DNA of 64,000 bases from the human T2T-CHM13v2.0 reference genome, Homo sapiens: assembly GCF_009914755.1 (NCBI RefSeq), contig NC_060928.1; one strand, written 5' to 3'. Under the pieces are notes generated by a model. That model saw only the letters and a list, made by a program, of their open reading frames with translations, ran no database searches and had not been told where the DNA came from. Within the stretch, counting starts at the first letter, position 1. Every line of letters starts with the position of its first letter. Positions 1 to 15,699 of the stretch are shown here, piece by piece. Both the position numbers and the translations under genes were made by a program.

Positions 1-835
1 ATAATGTTTCAGTAATAACTCTTCAAGCACACTGCAGGTGGTATTTGATGTAAGTAAAATATTCATATCTACTCAGGTGTAACTTAATAATTGCACATAC
101 TTTAACACTGCAATTAGGAAAGAAGCAATTCAGCTTCTACACTTAAAAGATTCTAATTCTGCCACCAGACACAGTATGTATCTCTGATTTTCTCACTTTG
201 AGAGAACTTTTTCACTTATTTAAACTGTAGTATTGGCATTCTTCCCACTAGAAAGTCAAGGGGAAATTCATAAAGAATGTAATTTACTGTAATCAAAATT
301 GCACAAAGACAGAAAATGAGAAAAAAAGAGAATGAATGAAAATGTGACATTGTGCTCATACATTTTAAATGCCAACAGTATTAAAATCATACATTATAAT
401 CATTGTATACTCTATTACATGTGTTTTTGGATGCAGAAAACAGTGGTTTATGAAGAATTTTCAAGCTGAGGAACCATTTCTATTTAATTTTTTACATCAA
501 GCAAGTTGAGGAAGTTAAGGGACAAGAACTTCTTACCTCCTTATATCCGCCTTCCAAGTGACTCAGCTGTAGTACATTAGCAACATGGAAAAAGACTGAA
601 TTTTAAAACAAAATAGGATTAAATTGAATTTTATTGATGCATTATATGGGATTGATTATAGAAAATGAATAGGCACATTTTAGGGTAATAATTTGGGGAT
701 ACTGATGGAGTATGCTCTTCTCACTCCAGGCTCTTCTTTCAGATTTTTAGAGATGTACCTTTCAGAGAACTCTCAAAATTAACCAGACCAGTCAAAAGCC
801 AAATAATTGGTTTCTAAGTTCGAACAAAACAACCG

Positions 836-1176
<341 letters not shown>

Positions 1177-1294
1177 TTAAAATGAAATATAAATTGCAGA
1201 ATGTTTTTGCTTCACCTCTTTCATGACTTCAACCTGCCCCCACCCCCAACTAAACAAAACAAAGCAAACAAACAAACAAAAAGAATGGCAAGTT

Positions 1295-1745
1295 ACTGTG
1301 GCACTATTCACAATAGCAAAGACTTGGAACCAACCCAAATGTCCAACAATGATAGACTGGATTAAGAAAATGTGGCACATATACACCATGGAATACTATG
1401 TGGCCATAAAAAATGATGAGTGCATGTCCTTTGTAGGGACATGGATGAAATTGGAAATCATCATTCTCAGTAAACTATCGCAAGGACAAAAAACCAAACA
1501 CCATGTTCTCACTCATAGGTGGGAATTGAACAATGAGAACACATGGACACAGGAAGGGGAACATCACACTCTGGGGACTGTTGTGGGGTGGGGGGAGGGG
1601 GGAGGGATAGCATAAGGAGATATACCTAATGCTAAATGACGAGTTAATGGGTGCAGCACACCAGCATGGCACATGTATACATATGTAACTAACCTGCACG
1701 TTGTGCACAAGTACCCTAAAATTTAAAGTATAATAATAATAAAAT

Positions 1746-1771
<26 letters not shown>
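1295..1771 (+). mobile_element. 5'-truncated L1 (L1PA3-like): ORF2 C-terminus, 3'UTR and A tail
   Basis: ALFTIAKTWNQPKCP...WIKKMWHIYTMEYY in ORF 1223..1615; G-rich 3'UTR; GCTAAATGACGAGTTAATGG; perfect 17-bp TSD AAAAAGAATGGCAAGTT at 1278-1294 and 1772-1788. Confidence 0.95.
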
Positions 1772-1776
<5 letters not shown>

Positions 1777-2195
1777 GAATGGCAAGTTCTCATGGGCAGG
1801 GAGACTAGCAACACTTTAACATTAAGTGGAATAGGAAAGCAAGCATCCATGAATTATTGAGTTGTTAGGGGAGGCAATATACGCTCACAGCTTGTCCTGA
1901 TTCTCATGTAGCATTTAGTAGAATGCAGAAGAACAGCTGACTTCATGAGGAGAATGTAATAATAATTTATTTTGTTATTTTATATTATTTTATTTTATTC
2001 TTACAAGTTACTGTTACAGTTTGATGGAATGCAACATATGATGTATGAGACACATCTATCCGAAAACATTTAAAAGGAGAAATAGACATTTGTCCACTAC
2101 TGATCAATATATCAAAGAATAGTATTATAAGGAGGTGAGATGTCAGGCTCCTGATTCCACTATCAGGTATGAAGGAAAAGAATGAGCTCCTCTAA

Positions 2196-2200
<5 letters not shown>

Positions 2201-2226
<26 letters not shown>

Positions 2227-2512
2227 TTTGAGACAGAGTTTCACTCTTGTTGCCCAGACCGGAGTGCAATGGTGCAATCTTGGCTCACCACAACCCTCTG
2301 CCTCCCGAGTTCAAGTGATTCTCCTGCCTCAGCCTCCCAAGTAGCTGGGATTATAGGCACGCGCTGCCACGCCAGGCTAATTTTATATTTTTAGTAGAGA
2401 TGGGGTCTCCCCATGTTGGTCAGACTGGTCTTGAACCCCCGACCTCGGGTGATCTGCCCGCCTTGGCCTCCCAAAGTGCTGGGATTACAGGCTTGAGCCA
2501 CCGTGCCCGGCC
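2201..2512 (-). mobile_element. Alu SINE (AluSp-like)
   Basis: Poly-T, then GAGTTTCACTCTTGTTGCCCAG and CATGTTGGTCAG; ends CCCGGCC; TSD GCTC(C/T)TCTAACTT at 2186-2198 and 2513-2525. Confidence 0.93.
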
Positions 2513-3198
2513 GCTCTTCTAACTTTCTGTTTGGAACTGTAGGTGGAAACTGCCGCCCATGGCCCACAAATACCAAGATGTGGCATTGACAGCCACCTAG
2601 AAATGTGAGGTGATGTGGGTGGGGTAGGGCCTCCATGATCCCAGTGGTGGTGATGCAGAAAGGGAACAGAGGACAATCCCAATGTCATCAGCTTTGACTT
2701 CAGCAGTATTTGGATGCACAACTGATATTAGCAAATTGTAAACTAGGCATTTTGTTGTCATAACACAACAAAATGGACACTAACTGCATAGGTCTTGCCC
2801 TTAGTTACCTTATATCCAGTTGTCTTATGAAATAAGAATAAAGAGAAAAATTCTCTAAGATTGCACGCTTACCCAGAAGAGACGGAGTTGGCCTAAAGTG
2901 GAAATAATTATGGACAGGAAGAAAAATTTACTTGTTAAGATTAACCTTTGTTCTATTCAGCCCTTGTTCTATTCTTTTTCCACTGCTCTTGAGAATAAAT
3001 AACACTGCAAAACAGTGTATTACAGTGAATAAAATTATGGGCTCTGGGGCTTCCGACTGAACATGGAAGATTAACTATGTATATTTATCCTTTGCCTCCC
3101 CAAACCTTCATGAAACAGCAAAATAGAATTTAAAAGGTGTAAAATTACAAGTTCAGATATAATAGGAGAGGTAAATAAAAGACATTAGATGTATTTCA

Positions 3199-3575
<377 letters not shown>

Positions 3576-4149
3576 GATGGACGGTTATACAAAGATAGGG
3601 GAGCTCATAGATAAAAGAGATTTTAAAGAAAATAAAGACTCATTAATTGCAAATATCAGGCCCAGGCATTGTAGGAGTTTGGGCTGAAGTGTCACATATT
3701 CAGGCGTAAGATTAGTAGTTTATTCTTTGCAGAAACTGAACAATACTTGCTTCTCTCTCATCTACATCAGCCATGGCAGATGGAAGGAGTGAGTTACGGA
3801 GTGGAAAATGGAGATTGGAGGCTTCTTCCTTCCAAGTCACAGAATATTTCTAGCCAAGTATTGGCTCCTAAGGGAGGATGGAAAATTAGTCTTCAGCAAA
3901 GATGAGAAGCACCACAAAAGCTCTTTGGATGTTAGCAAAGAATCTTTCTTTCAAAAATATCCAGCTCTTTAACTCAGCAACTTTTCATCAAAATCCATCT
4001 ATTTGCCTTGCCTCAGTGATGCAGCTTCCACTGAGCTTTTTTGATTTTTTTGCACTTTACTTCTTAATGTGAATCTAAGGGTCACCACAGATTTTTAGAA
4101 CACCTCTGTTACTACAGAAACTGTGGGGTGGGGTGGGGGAGATAAGAGA

Positions 4150-5830
4150 ATAAAAAGAAACAATGCAGGAAAGAGGAGGTAAACTCAAATAAAAGCTGTA
4201 ACAATTGAATTTCCTGAAAAGGATTTGGCACTCATAAAATAATAGGAAAGTAATAAGGAAATCAATCTGAGATCAGGAAATAACTACTATTAGAAATGAA
4301 AAATAAAATCGCTAAAATAAAGCAATCAGTGAAATGTTTAAGGACAAAAATCAAGAAAACCTCTAAAAAAAACTAAGAGATAAAGAAGCAAAAAATAGTT
4401 CAGAGAGCAAAATAAAAATCAAAGAACATCAATATAAGAATTCCATTAATAGAATAGCAGAAGTTCTAGAAAGCGTAGGCAGAGAGAGTTAAAAAGAGGA
4501 CATTATCAACGAAATAAAAGAAGGTGCCTGTGCTAAGTTCATTAGGGTGAAAGAAGTCTTTCTTGGTATTCCAGGTGGGAAGATTTTCAATACAGAAAAT
4601 TTGAGATGTGCACAACCCTTGAAAGGGATGAATACACAAAGGTAGGGAGGAGGAAAGTGGTCCAGAAGGAAAGTGGTCTAGAAGGAGGTGATACTCAGGA
4701 GCTCTCCAGGTACCCACTTTGAGTTTCTGGATTCTCCTGACCACCACCAACTTTTGCTATCCACTGCTCAAAGCTGGAAATTTCCAGAGAATATCTGGCA
4801 CCTGAAAGGTTTTAACCAGTCTCTGTTGAGGCTCAGCTGTGAAAGTAAGTCATCCTCAGAAGCTTTTCCAGGCAGTAAAGTCAAGTCCTGAGGGAGGTGG
4901 ATTATTACTGCTGTCTTCTGTGCCTTGCAATCCTGAATGAGGTTCATCTCAAGAGGACCAACTACCAAACGTGTGAATGCAACTGTCCTTGGAATATTGC
5001 TCACTGACAATTTCTAACTGATGACCACCTAGGGAAGGGGATTTTGGTAAATGGATTCCAGGCTTTTCTTCTGCAAAACAGAGCAGACCGTAAAAGGTGG
5101 TTGAGATGACATTACTTTGACTATAGAAAATCCAGCACAGAAATATCCAGAACTGAAGCACTTCCTTCTCCAATTTTAAAGTGTCCAAGCATTTTTTCAG
5201 CACTACAAATGAGAAAGGCCCACACCAAACCATACCAATCATACCAAAAGAAGATACTGGAACTTCAAAATAAAAAGAAGATACAAAAAGCTTCTAAAGA
5301 GGGAGAAAGAAACACATATTAAAACAATAACAACATAAAAAATCAGAATGATATTGGATTTCTTAAAGGCAGCAATACATGATGAAGGATAAGGAAGCAC
5401 TGCTTTTAAAATTCTGGAATAAAATGAATTTAACCTAGAATGATACACACAATCAAGATGTCAACCAAGAGGAAAATTAAATTTGAGATATTGTCAGTTA
5501 GCAAGTACTCAGAAAAACTGTAAGCTTTTTGTTCTGTTAATTTCCTGGTAGTCCCTTGGGAAATACTCTTGAAAAATGAAGAACTAACAAAAACAGAAAA
5601 AATATATGATATTTAAGAAGCAACATATACATCATAGGAGAGTTTGAGGATCCTTTTGTAACAGTGCTTGGGACAAAACAGTCCAGATTGGAGCAGAAAG
5701 ATAGAAAGATGAAGTATCGAGGGAAGGATATTTCTGGGGAAGTGGGAATACACAATTAATAAATCAAGAAAAATAAGTTTAGACAGATTACAAAATAACT
5801 GAAAGATTTAAAAAATTTAACAAGTTTAAA
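4150..5830 (+). mobile_element. Ancient L1M ORF1-region remnants, interrupted by the probable LTR at ~4610-5125
   Basis: A-rich sequence with ORF1-like stretch AAAATCAGAATGATATTGGATTTC...TTTAAAATTCTGG...AACCTAGAAT; highly degenerate; boundaries approximate. Confidence 0.5.
4610..5125 (-). mobile_element. Probable old ERVL-type solo LTR (LTR41/LTR50/LTR33 group)
   Basis: Minus strand reads GTAATGTCATCTCAACCACC...AAGCCTGGAATCCATTTACCAAAATCCCCTTCC, resembling the 5' end of this LTR group; higher GC than flanks. Confidence 0.4.
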
Positions 5831-5857
5831 ATAAAAGAAATCATTCATAGTATATCA

Positions 5858-6655
5858 CTCTTTGTGGGAATGTAAATTAGTACAGACACTATAAAAACGG
5901 TATGGAAATGTCTCAGAAAAATCAAAATAGAACTACTATACTATCCGGCAATTCTACTACTGGGTATTTAGACAAAGAAAAAGAAATCAGTATATCAAAG
6001 TGATATTTGCACCACCGTGTTAAACACAGCACTATTCACAATGGCTAAGCTATGGAATCAACCTAAGTGTTCATCAACGGATTAATGTATAAAGAAAATG
6101 TGTTATATAATTTCCATTCTGTTTACGCAACGTAATACTATTCAGCATATAAAAGAATGAAATTCTGTCATTCACAGCAACCTGGATGTACCTGAAGGAC
6201 TTTCTATTAAGTGGAATAAGCCAAGCACAGAAAGACAAATATTGCATATTCTCACTCACAAATGTGAGCAAAAAAAGTGGATCCTATATGGAGGTAGAGA
6301 GTAGAATGATAGACACCTGAGGCTAGAAAGGGAGTATGTGTGCTTGGGGGTGTTGGGGGGAGGGAATAAAGAGATATTGATTAATGGGAATAAACACACA
6401 GTTAAATGGAAGGAATAAATTCTAATTTTCAATACCAGAGTAGATTGAATATAGTTAACAACAACGTCTTGTGTATTTCAAAGTAGCTAAAAGAGAAACT
6501 TGAAATGTTCCCAACTCATAGAAATGACAAATACTTGAGGTGATGAACACCCAAAGTACTCTGACTTGATCATTACTTAGTCTGTGCATGTAACAACATA
6601 TTATATGAATTCTATAAATCTGTACAAATATTATGTATCAATGAAAAATTTTAAA
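5858..6655 (+). mobile_element. L1MA 3' end (ORF2 tail and 3'UTR)
   Basis: GGGAATGTAAATTAGTACAG, GGAATCAACCTAAGTGTTCATC, and GACTTGATCATTAC...TATGTATCAAT L1MA-type terminus. Confidence 0.88.
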
Positions 6656-7111
6656 AACCATTCACATATATATTATATAATCTACAATGAATAATGTATA
6701 TTTCTAACAATGCTAACACTTTACACTTAATAGATTATCTAAATAGAGGTTACCTCTATTGGGAAGTGGCAAGATGAGTTAAAAGAACTGAATTCTCATG
6801 AATCCGCACACATTATGTAATAATATGTAATGTGTTACATATGTCATGTAATACATGTAATCCTAACATAGCAGTCAGTAAAAGTAGATAAGGTCTAAAA
6901 TGTACAAATCAAGAAATAGCAACATAAGCATAATATTTTTCATTGGGATATATTAAAGCATAATATTCTTCATTGGAATATATATTTAAAAAAACACAAA
7001 GAAAAAAAAATCAGCTAAGAGATAAAATCTGTTGCCTTAATATGAAGTGAGCTATAAAGATGTCATGTTATCATGAGAGGAGACATGAGGAGAAAAGTTC
7101 AGCCTATGTTT

Positions 7112-7131
7112 TCTCTCTCTCTCTCTCTCTG

Positions 7132-7166
<35 letters not shown>
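7112..7166. repeat. Compound microsatellite (TC)n(CA)n
   Basis: Read directly. Confidence 0.97.
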
Positions 7167-7168
<2 letters not shown>

Positions 7169-7407
7169 GCAGCTATATATTCTAATTTGAGCAACTTGAC
7201 TGTATTATCTAACCATTCCAACTGAGTTTCTGAAGATGTCAGCTATGGAGCAAAGCAGAGATATATCAAACCAAATAATTCTGATTAGAAATGGAGAATG
7301 CAGAATCATTTACTCAGCAAAAAGCAACATGCTCAAATTAAATATGCATACTTTACATACTGATAAATACATATGTTATATATTAATAAAGATACTATAG
7401 AATTATA

Positions 7408-7452
7408 TTAGGTTGGTGTAAAAGTAAATGCGGTTTTTGCCATTGAAAGTAA
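7408..7452. mobile_element. Half MADE1 (Hsmar1 mariner MITE): one TIR plus spacer
   Basis: TTAGGTTGGTGTAAAAGTAAATGCGGTTTTTGCCATT matches the Hsmar1/MADE1 TIR (TTAGGTTGGTGCAAAAGTAATTGCGGTTTTTGCCATT) with 2 mismatches. Confidence 0.88.
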
Positions 7453-7669
7453 GTATGTATATATGAAAGGTTGCACAAATTAGGTTTAAAGTAATTAAGC
7501 AATTTTTTATTATCTGAAAAAGTAATAAATATATATATAAAGACTTGGACAAATTAAGTTTCCTAATATTGCTTACTTTTCATTTGATCATACTTTTATG
7601 GGTCTGTGAGAAACAAAAGCTATCAATTATATAATTGACTGCTAAGTATTTCTATAAAATAATAATAGT

Positions 7670-7888
7670 AATAATAATAACTATAGCCAATTATGTTATT
7701 TAATACTCAAAAAATACTCCAAAGTATAGAGAAAACATTATTCTCATTTTTACAGATGAGGAAACTAAGGCACAGAATTTAAGAGACTTGCCCATGGTCT
7801 CATAAATAGTAAGTAAGCAGTGGAGCCAAGATTCAAATCTTGGGAGTCTAGATAAAGAAGTGACAATCCAATATACTATGCACTGTGC
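7670..7888 (-). mobile_element. MIR SINE
   Basis: Core CATTTTTACAGATGAGGAAACTAAGGCACAGA...GACTTGCCCATGGTC...GATTCAAATC. Confidence 0.88.
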
Positions 7889-8198
7889 CTTGAACTCAGT
7901 GTTAATCTGAACATTTCTTCTCTGAAAACTCTTTCCTCTATGTTCTTTACCTGCACAGTCCTGCAAGACAAGGGTACTGACTGATTTCAGACTCATTCTC
8001 TCTTTCCTCCTTGCTCCTCCAGATACTGACAATCTTCAGCTTGTCCTCATTCCCATTGCCTTTGCATCGTCTTTCACCTTCGCTTCTGAGCCACCTCATA
8101 CTCATTCCTTATCTCTCCACTTCCGACCCAGCCTCTTTGCTGACACTGGAATTAACCCCTTCATGTGACTTCATTTCTCACTTTGTCTTTGCTTTTAA

Positions 8199-8603
<405 letters not shown>

Positions 8604-8647
8604 CACTTTCTTGATCTGCAGGATACTTTCTCCTCAATCTCTTCTAA

Positions 8648-9020
<373 letters not shown>

Positions 9021-9299
9021 AGATTTCAGTGTCTTTATGTTGTAGTTTACTGGTTCCTTTGCTTGGAAAGCCATTCTTCCACTTGTGCTACGGAAATCCC
9101 ACCCCTCCTTCAAAGGCCAGGTGAAATATTGCTATTTTTTCTTTGAAGCTCTCTTTAAACACTTAATGATAATCTTCTTTTAAATTTGTTTCCCGTGTGT
9201 GTGCGTGTGTTATAAAGTCACACTATGATTTATTAGTTTATATAGTAAAGTTTAACATTAGTAAAGTTAGGAAAACTTTACTTTGTCCTCTAGCTCATT

Positions 9300-9702
9300 T
9301 CACAGTTAGTTTATGTGCAGCTTGAAAAGGTGTTCATCAAATCTTCTGGGGCAGGAAGCATAGTTGACTTACAAGTACTGCTGTGAGCCCTCTGTATCAG
9401 CTCTAAGTTCTTGCTGAAGCCATATTTCCCCCAGATTGTCAACAGCCAGTGACTGAGTACACAGGCCAATTCCTCCGAGAGGAGAGATTTGTTTAATGAA
9501 CAGCTTTGGGCTGGCAAAAGTCTGTAACTGTTCTTCCTTGATCCTTCTTCCTTCCCTCTCAACTTCACAGGGAGGTCAGATGTGCATTTTCTTTCTTCTC
9601 TGGATCTCTCTCCACTTTCCTGCCTAAGCGTTTCCTCCAAATGATCTTTTTCAGGTCTAATTCTGTTATGTCGTCTGCTTCTTGGAGGACTCAAATAGTA
9701 CA
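9300..9702 (+). mobile_element. Probable old ERVL solo LTR (LTR16-like)
   Basis: 3' end GTCTAATTCTG...GTCTGCTTCTTGGAGGACTCAAATAGTACA resembles the LTR16-group terminus; 5' boundary uncertain. Confidence 0.5.
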
Positions 9703-9869
9703 CTGTTATCTTGAGAAAAATGTTTTTTATTTAAATTTTTGTTCCCTAGGACAAATTATGATAGTTTGCCTTTAAGGAGCACTTGACAAATCAATCATGG
9801 TCTCTTACAAAACTTGAGTACAGCGTAATTATTATTGAAATTTAGATTTATTTAGGTATTTTTGGGATA

Positions 9870-10584
<715 letters not shown>

Positions 10585-10749
10585 TGAACCAAAGTATTTT
10601 AGTCTTCTCTTAAAAGTATTTGTTTTGTGTTTGTGTGAAAAGACAATCATCATAAACATAAGTAATTCTCTAATGCTCTTAAGTTACTTTTTCCAGTGAG
10701 TAGCATTCTTCCTGACATAAAGGAAAGAAAATCTAATTTAAAATGGTTC

Positions 10750-11200
10750 TTTCAAAATTATTAAATTAATGTATTAACTCACGCACCTGAAAAATCTAGA
10801 GGTGTCATTAGACATAGCTGGATTCAGAAGCTCAAAAAATTCATCTAGGCCTAGTCTTCAAGTTTTCATATGTAAATTCTATTTTCTTATCAGTTCTGAT
10901 ATTTCCTCTGGTCTTTGGTGTGTTTTTACACATATCGTGGACATGCATCACCAGCAGATCTGGGCTAACATCCTTTCTTCTGAACAACTATCAGGGGCAG
11001 GAAGCAAAGGGGAGTCATAGGGTTGGTGAGATAGAGAGAAAGAGAGGGAGAAAAATTAAAAAACAGAGATCAGGCAAATCTTAGTATGGCTAAGGATTAG
11101 TTCTGATTGAGCCAGCTTGGGTTACCCACTAAATGTGCAGACCAGCAGCTGTGGCTGGGGGAATTAAACGTTCTGTGTTTCTGGGTCTGATTTTTATGCC
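10750..11200 (-). mobile_element. Degenerate MaLR LTR (MLT1J/K-like)
   Basis: CTCACGCACCTGAAAAATCTAGAGG...CATAGCTGGATTCAGAAGCTCAAA; TCTGATTGAGCCAGCTTGGGT. Confidence 0.55.
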
Positions 11201-12407
11201 ATCTGAATATGTCAGTCAATTGAATTTCTTAAGGAACACATAGACCTTCTGTCAGAAAAATCAAACAAATAAAAATTAGCAGAAAATAGGTGTACCAGAT
11301 TTTTCAATTTTGGTGGTAACAGCATCAACAACATTTAATAAATAAAAATAAAATATATGTGAAATTGTAGTGCTTATATTCATTACTATAGAGATCTTAC
11401 ACATTATATGATTAAAATATTATACTGAAGTAATTTCATGTAAGGAATGTACTTCCACCACATTACATAACATACATTATGTTACTCGAGTGAATATGTA
11501 TATATGAAGAATTAATGATACTGTTCTAGACATAGAAAAGTAATTTTATTCACACTAGAATAGTTTAGATATAGATACCTAATAACACCCAACTGAAATA
11601 GGGATCATCCTAATCTTTATGATATACCAACATCTTGTAATTTAAAAAGAAGAGAATAATAATGTGGAGTTTCCATATTGTCCGAACAAAGCTTTAAAAA
11701 AATGTATGGGTGGACAAATAAATCAACAATTTATTGCTAAATATACCTATTGTCATCCATGTAGCTAAATGGCAAGTTTTGTAAGGTCAGCAGTATGTTG
11801 CTGGCTTTCATCAGTGCCTTATGTCGGCTATGGACTTTCCTCTGACCCATGGAGCTTAGGGCTTCACTGAACATCTACCTGTTATTGATTCCACTGTTAT
11901 TGATTCCACTCATCTATTTGCTCTTCCAAAAAACCTTAAGTGTTCATAGTTTAGTGTGTTCTCCTTCTTCTGTGCTCATAGCCTTATTTTTCTATGGTTT
12001 TCCTTATATCTTAATTTAAAAAATTAAAATTCTGAGTGGTATAGGTCAAAAGTAGCTGGAGAATTTAGTCAACTGACATGTTATTACTATTTGGTATAAA
12101 ATTAATATTATAAATCAATACAAGAAAGACTTTTGTTTTGATGCCTGCCAAATCTCTGGCTATGAAGACTGATCATTCAGCCACAGTTGTTCTTGTTCTT
12201 CAGAGCCAAAAATGAATCCTACTTTTCAGGACCAAAATGAACCTTCTGATTCTACTCTAATCAACTACAACTGTCCTGGATTCTCCAGAGCTCCATCAGA
12301 ATTTGGAGGAAAGGACAAAAAGCATGCTGGTGGGTCATGTACTTTGCTTTGAAAGAATGAAGTAAACCCGGGGGGAATTGTGTATTTAATTTTCATTCTC
12401 CCTCTCA

Positions 12408-12533
12408 ACAAAGAAAGAAGCAAATAAAGGAAGGGAGAAAAGAGAAAATAAAAAAGAAAGAAAAAAAAAAGAAAGGGAAAATGAAGGAAGGAAGAAGAGG
12501 GAAAGAGAGGAAAGGAAAAAAGGAAGGAGGAAA
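12408..12533. repeat. GA-rich polypurine low-complexity tract
   Basis: Almost entirely A/G. Confidence 0.9.
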
Positions 12534-13221
12534 CAATTGTGCTGTCATCAGGAGATCAGTTAGCTTTGGGATGCATGTTTTCATAATTCCTTTGAATAAG
12601 AAAATTTTCCTTTGGGAAAATGCTCAGTGTAATAAAGATAATGACTTTTAGGACCATTATTTCAAATGCTGAAGAAAAGAGCAAGCAACACACAAAAAAG
12701 CAAATGAAAATTCCCCAAAATTTAATTACCTATACTGAGATAGAGTTAGTATTAGAGTTTTTGCAAAAGTATAAAATTCATGTTGAAAATATTGTTGCCT
12801 AAATTAAAGTATGTACAAGTTTCAACTGTCAAAGAAGAAAAAGAACAGTTCCTATAACCAGGAAAATTATTTTTTAAAATTAAAATCTGTTTATTAGAAA
12901 AAATGTATGGTAGATGAGTGCACAAGATATGAGACAGGCCTTGGCATCATTCATAATGAGTTAAAATCATTATCAATGCGTAAATGCCATGGTTTATTAG
13001 TAAGAAATTTTTGGGTAATTGAGAAGAGCACTTCATACAGAAAGGTATATTTTGCATTTTGGCTACTTTAGATTTTTAAAATAATTATTGATATTTTTGT
13101 AATTCTTCCTTAATTTTTAAATTAATTTATAAATTTAAGGTTAGAGTAGCATGTTTTACATGTAAATATTGAGAAAGTATTGGATGCATGTTTAGTTTTA
13201 TTTTAAAGGATAATTAAGTAT

Positions 13222-13775
13222 TGTGAGAGAGTAAAAACTAATCTGGGACTTGGAGTAAAAAACATCAACTTGGGCCTGCAAACATAAAAATCAAGCATGG
13301 CATTAATAAGACTGTGATTATGAACAAAGATAAAGTCAGCTGCTAAATTAACAGGAAACTTCTCCTCCCAAGTTTATGCTACAGTTTTAAAATGTTATAG
13401 CAACCCTTATCTTTGAGGCACTTAATACTGCCCTCACACTGACATATCCAGTTACAATTCATTGATCATGACTTTTGAGCACAAATCAGAAATATCCTAT
13501 TGCTAAACTGCCCTCAACTAATCACAACAATCAATCCAGAACATTTTTTTCATCTTGCCTCAGAAAAACCAACTATTCCAGTGTGAATTCCCACCTCCAT
13601 ATCCTACTCGGAGTCATTCAGCTCAAGTCCATGCTTTGCAAAAAACTCCCCAGCTCATCTTTCTGAGAGGCATCCTCCAGTTACTTCGGAGTTACCTGCC
13701 TTGTTACAGAAAACGAATAAACCTCACTTAGTTGAACAACTAGTTTAATCCTTGGCTCCCTTTAACTCTTTCACA
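13222..13775 (+). mobile_element. Probable old ERV1-type solo LTR, family unresolved
   Basis: TGTGAGAG start, TTTCACA end, ~550 bp, AATAAA ~55 bp before the 3' end. Confidence 0.42.
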
Positions 13776-14259
13776 CCAACAATTCACAACTCGATTAATT
13801 TGCTGTATTTTATTTGCTTTATAAGTACTTTAAGTTGACTAATAGGTAAGCCTATCAAAAAAGTCTTATAAAACTAATAAGTCTATGCTCATGATTTAGG
13901 CCTCTTAAATGTTTATAATGACTGTTTACATCATTTTTATAATTACTATATAAAATTACATTTTAAATCAATTTCTCAACTAAGCATTTTAAATTGGAAT
14001 CATAACATTAATCTCTTATGCTTTTTAGGTCAGTTATTTTTAAATATTGCAAATACTTTTAGAAAAACATAGTATTCTGTAACACAATTATCACTACTGT
14101 TGATTTGTTTATTCATTTTTCTATTTAAATATAGTTTTTTGTGCTAAAATATTTATGCAACAAAGAAATTACTGTGTTATAAGAAGAATAATTTTGAGTG
14201 AATAAAAGCAGTCAGATGATATGCTTGTGGTTACTGTTGAAAGCAACTTTCCTCCACTT

Positions 14260-14535
14260 CTTTATTAATGTATATCAAACATAAAGATAATTGTGTGAAT
14301 CCTAAGTGCACAGCTGAATGAATTCTCACAAAGTCCATGTGCCCATATAACCATCACACAGAACAAGAAATAGCATTATCAGCAAAGTGGAAGATGCTTT
14401 ATAAAGTTCCCAGTCAATATTCTTCAGAAGAAACAATTATATTGACTACTGTTATCATAGTTGTTTTTTCTGGTTTTGAACTTAAAATAAACAGAATCAT
14501 GCAGTATGAGGTTACCCTGTCTGTTAGCTTAGGTT
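14260..14535 (-). mobile_element. L1ME 3' fragment
   Basis: AATCCTAAGTGCACAGCTGAATGAATT...GAACTTAAAATAAACAGAATCATGCAGTATG. Confidence 0.6.
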
Positions 14536-15102
14536 TCCTATTGACCGCAATATTTGCTTAAGTTGCAGAAGTACATGATTGCCTTCAATACTGATTGGAC
14601 CCACTGAGCCCTGTTTGCAGATGTAATAACAGGAATTTCATAACCTTGAAGCTTTTGGTCAGCTTTGCTCTCAAATTTCACATAAGTCATATCACTATTA
14701 AATGCTTTTCTACTATGAGAAGCATGCAATTCTGCTTATTAGATTGTAAATAAATTTTCATGTGGCATCAGTTGGACTTGCATTTTAAAATTCCTTTTAA
14801 TATATTTAAATATCTTCTAATTGGATTCTCTGTAGTTCTTGAAACTTTATCAATCCTGTAGCCATAGTTCTAATATTAGTCAACTGAGTTTCTTAGGCAA
14901 GTTTTCTTCTCTGTAAAATTCTCTTCAATTTCTCTGTAAAAACAGTTAAAAATAATACAATAGAGTTGCTGTTTGATTAATATTGAAAAAGCTAAATTAC
15001 ATAAGCACTTATTACAGTGCCTAGCCCACTGCATACACTCAGCAAATAGTTTTGTTATTGAGAATGGTATCCTTCATTCCCTCATTAAAGCATTAAGAAT
15101 TT

Positions 15103-15327
<225 letters not shown>

Positions 15328-15699
15328 TTATTATTGAATTAAAAGATAATTATGCATTCCCAAATGTAATCTAAATTATCTTATTTTTTCTAATAGCTTT
15401 AATTAAAACTGCCTAAGCAAGTATATATAATTTACATATGTCCTGATATTTTGCTGACATAGAGACTAAATAAAGTTGTAACTTATTCAACTGTTAAGGG
15501 AAAATTGCACAGAAAGTAGAGATAATTTTTGTATGTGTTACTTAACTAACTAGCATTGTGCAAACATTGCGCTTTGTTTAAAGCTCTTTATGCAAAGCTA
15601 CAGCCCAAAGTAAAAAGGTTTGTAGTTTTGAATATATTTATTTGAGTCATAAAAAAGATTAAATGCAAAAAAAGAGCAAATCACTTACTAAAATCAATT

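Noticed and set aside
11879-11910. 15-bp tandem duplication CTGTTATTGATTCCA x2, and similar small ones at ~4672, ~6927 and ~46067
   Set aside because: Ordinary two-copy slippage with no spacers. Not CRISPR-like.
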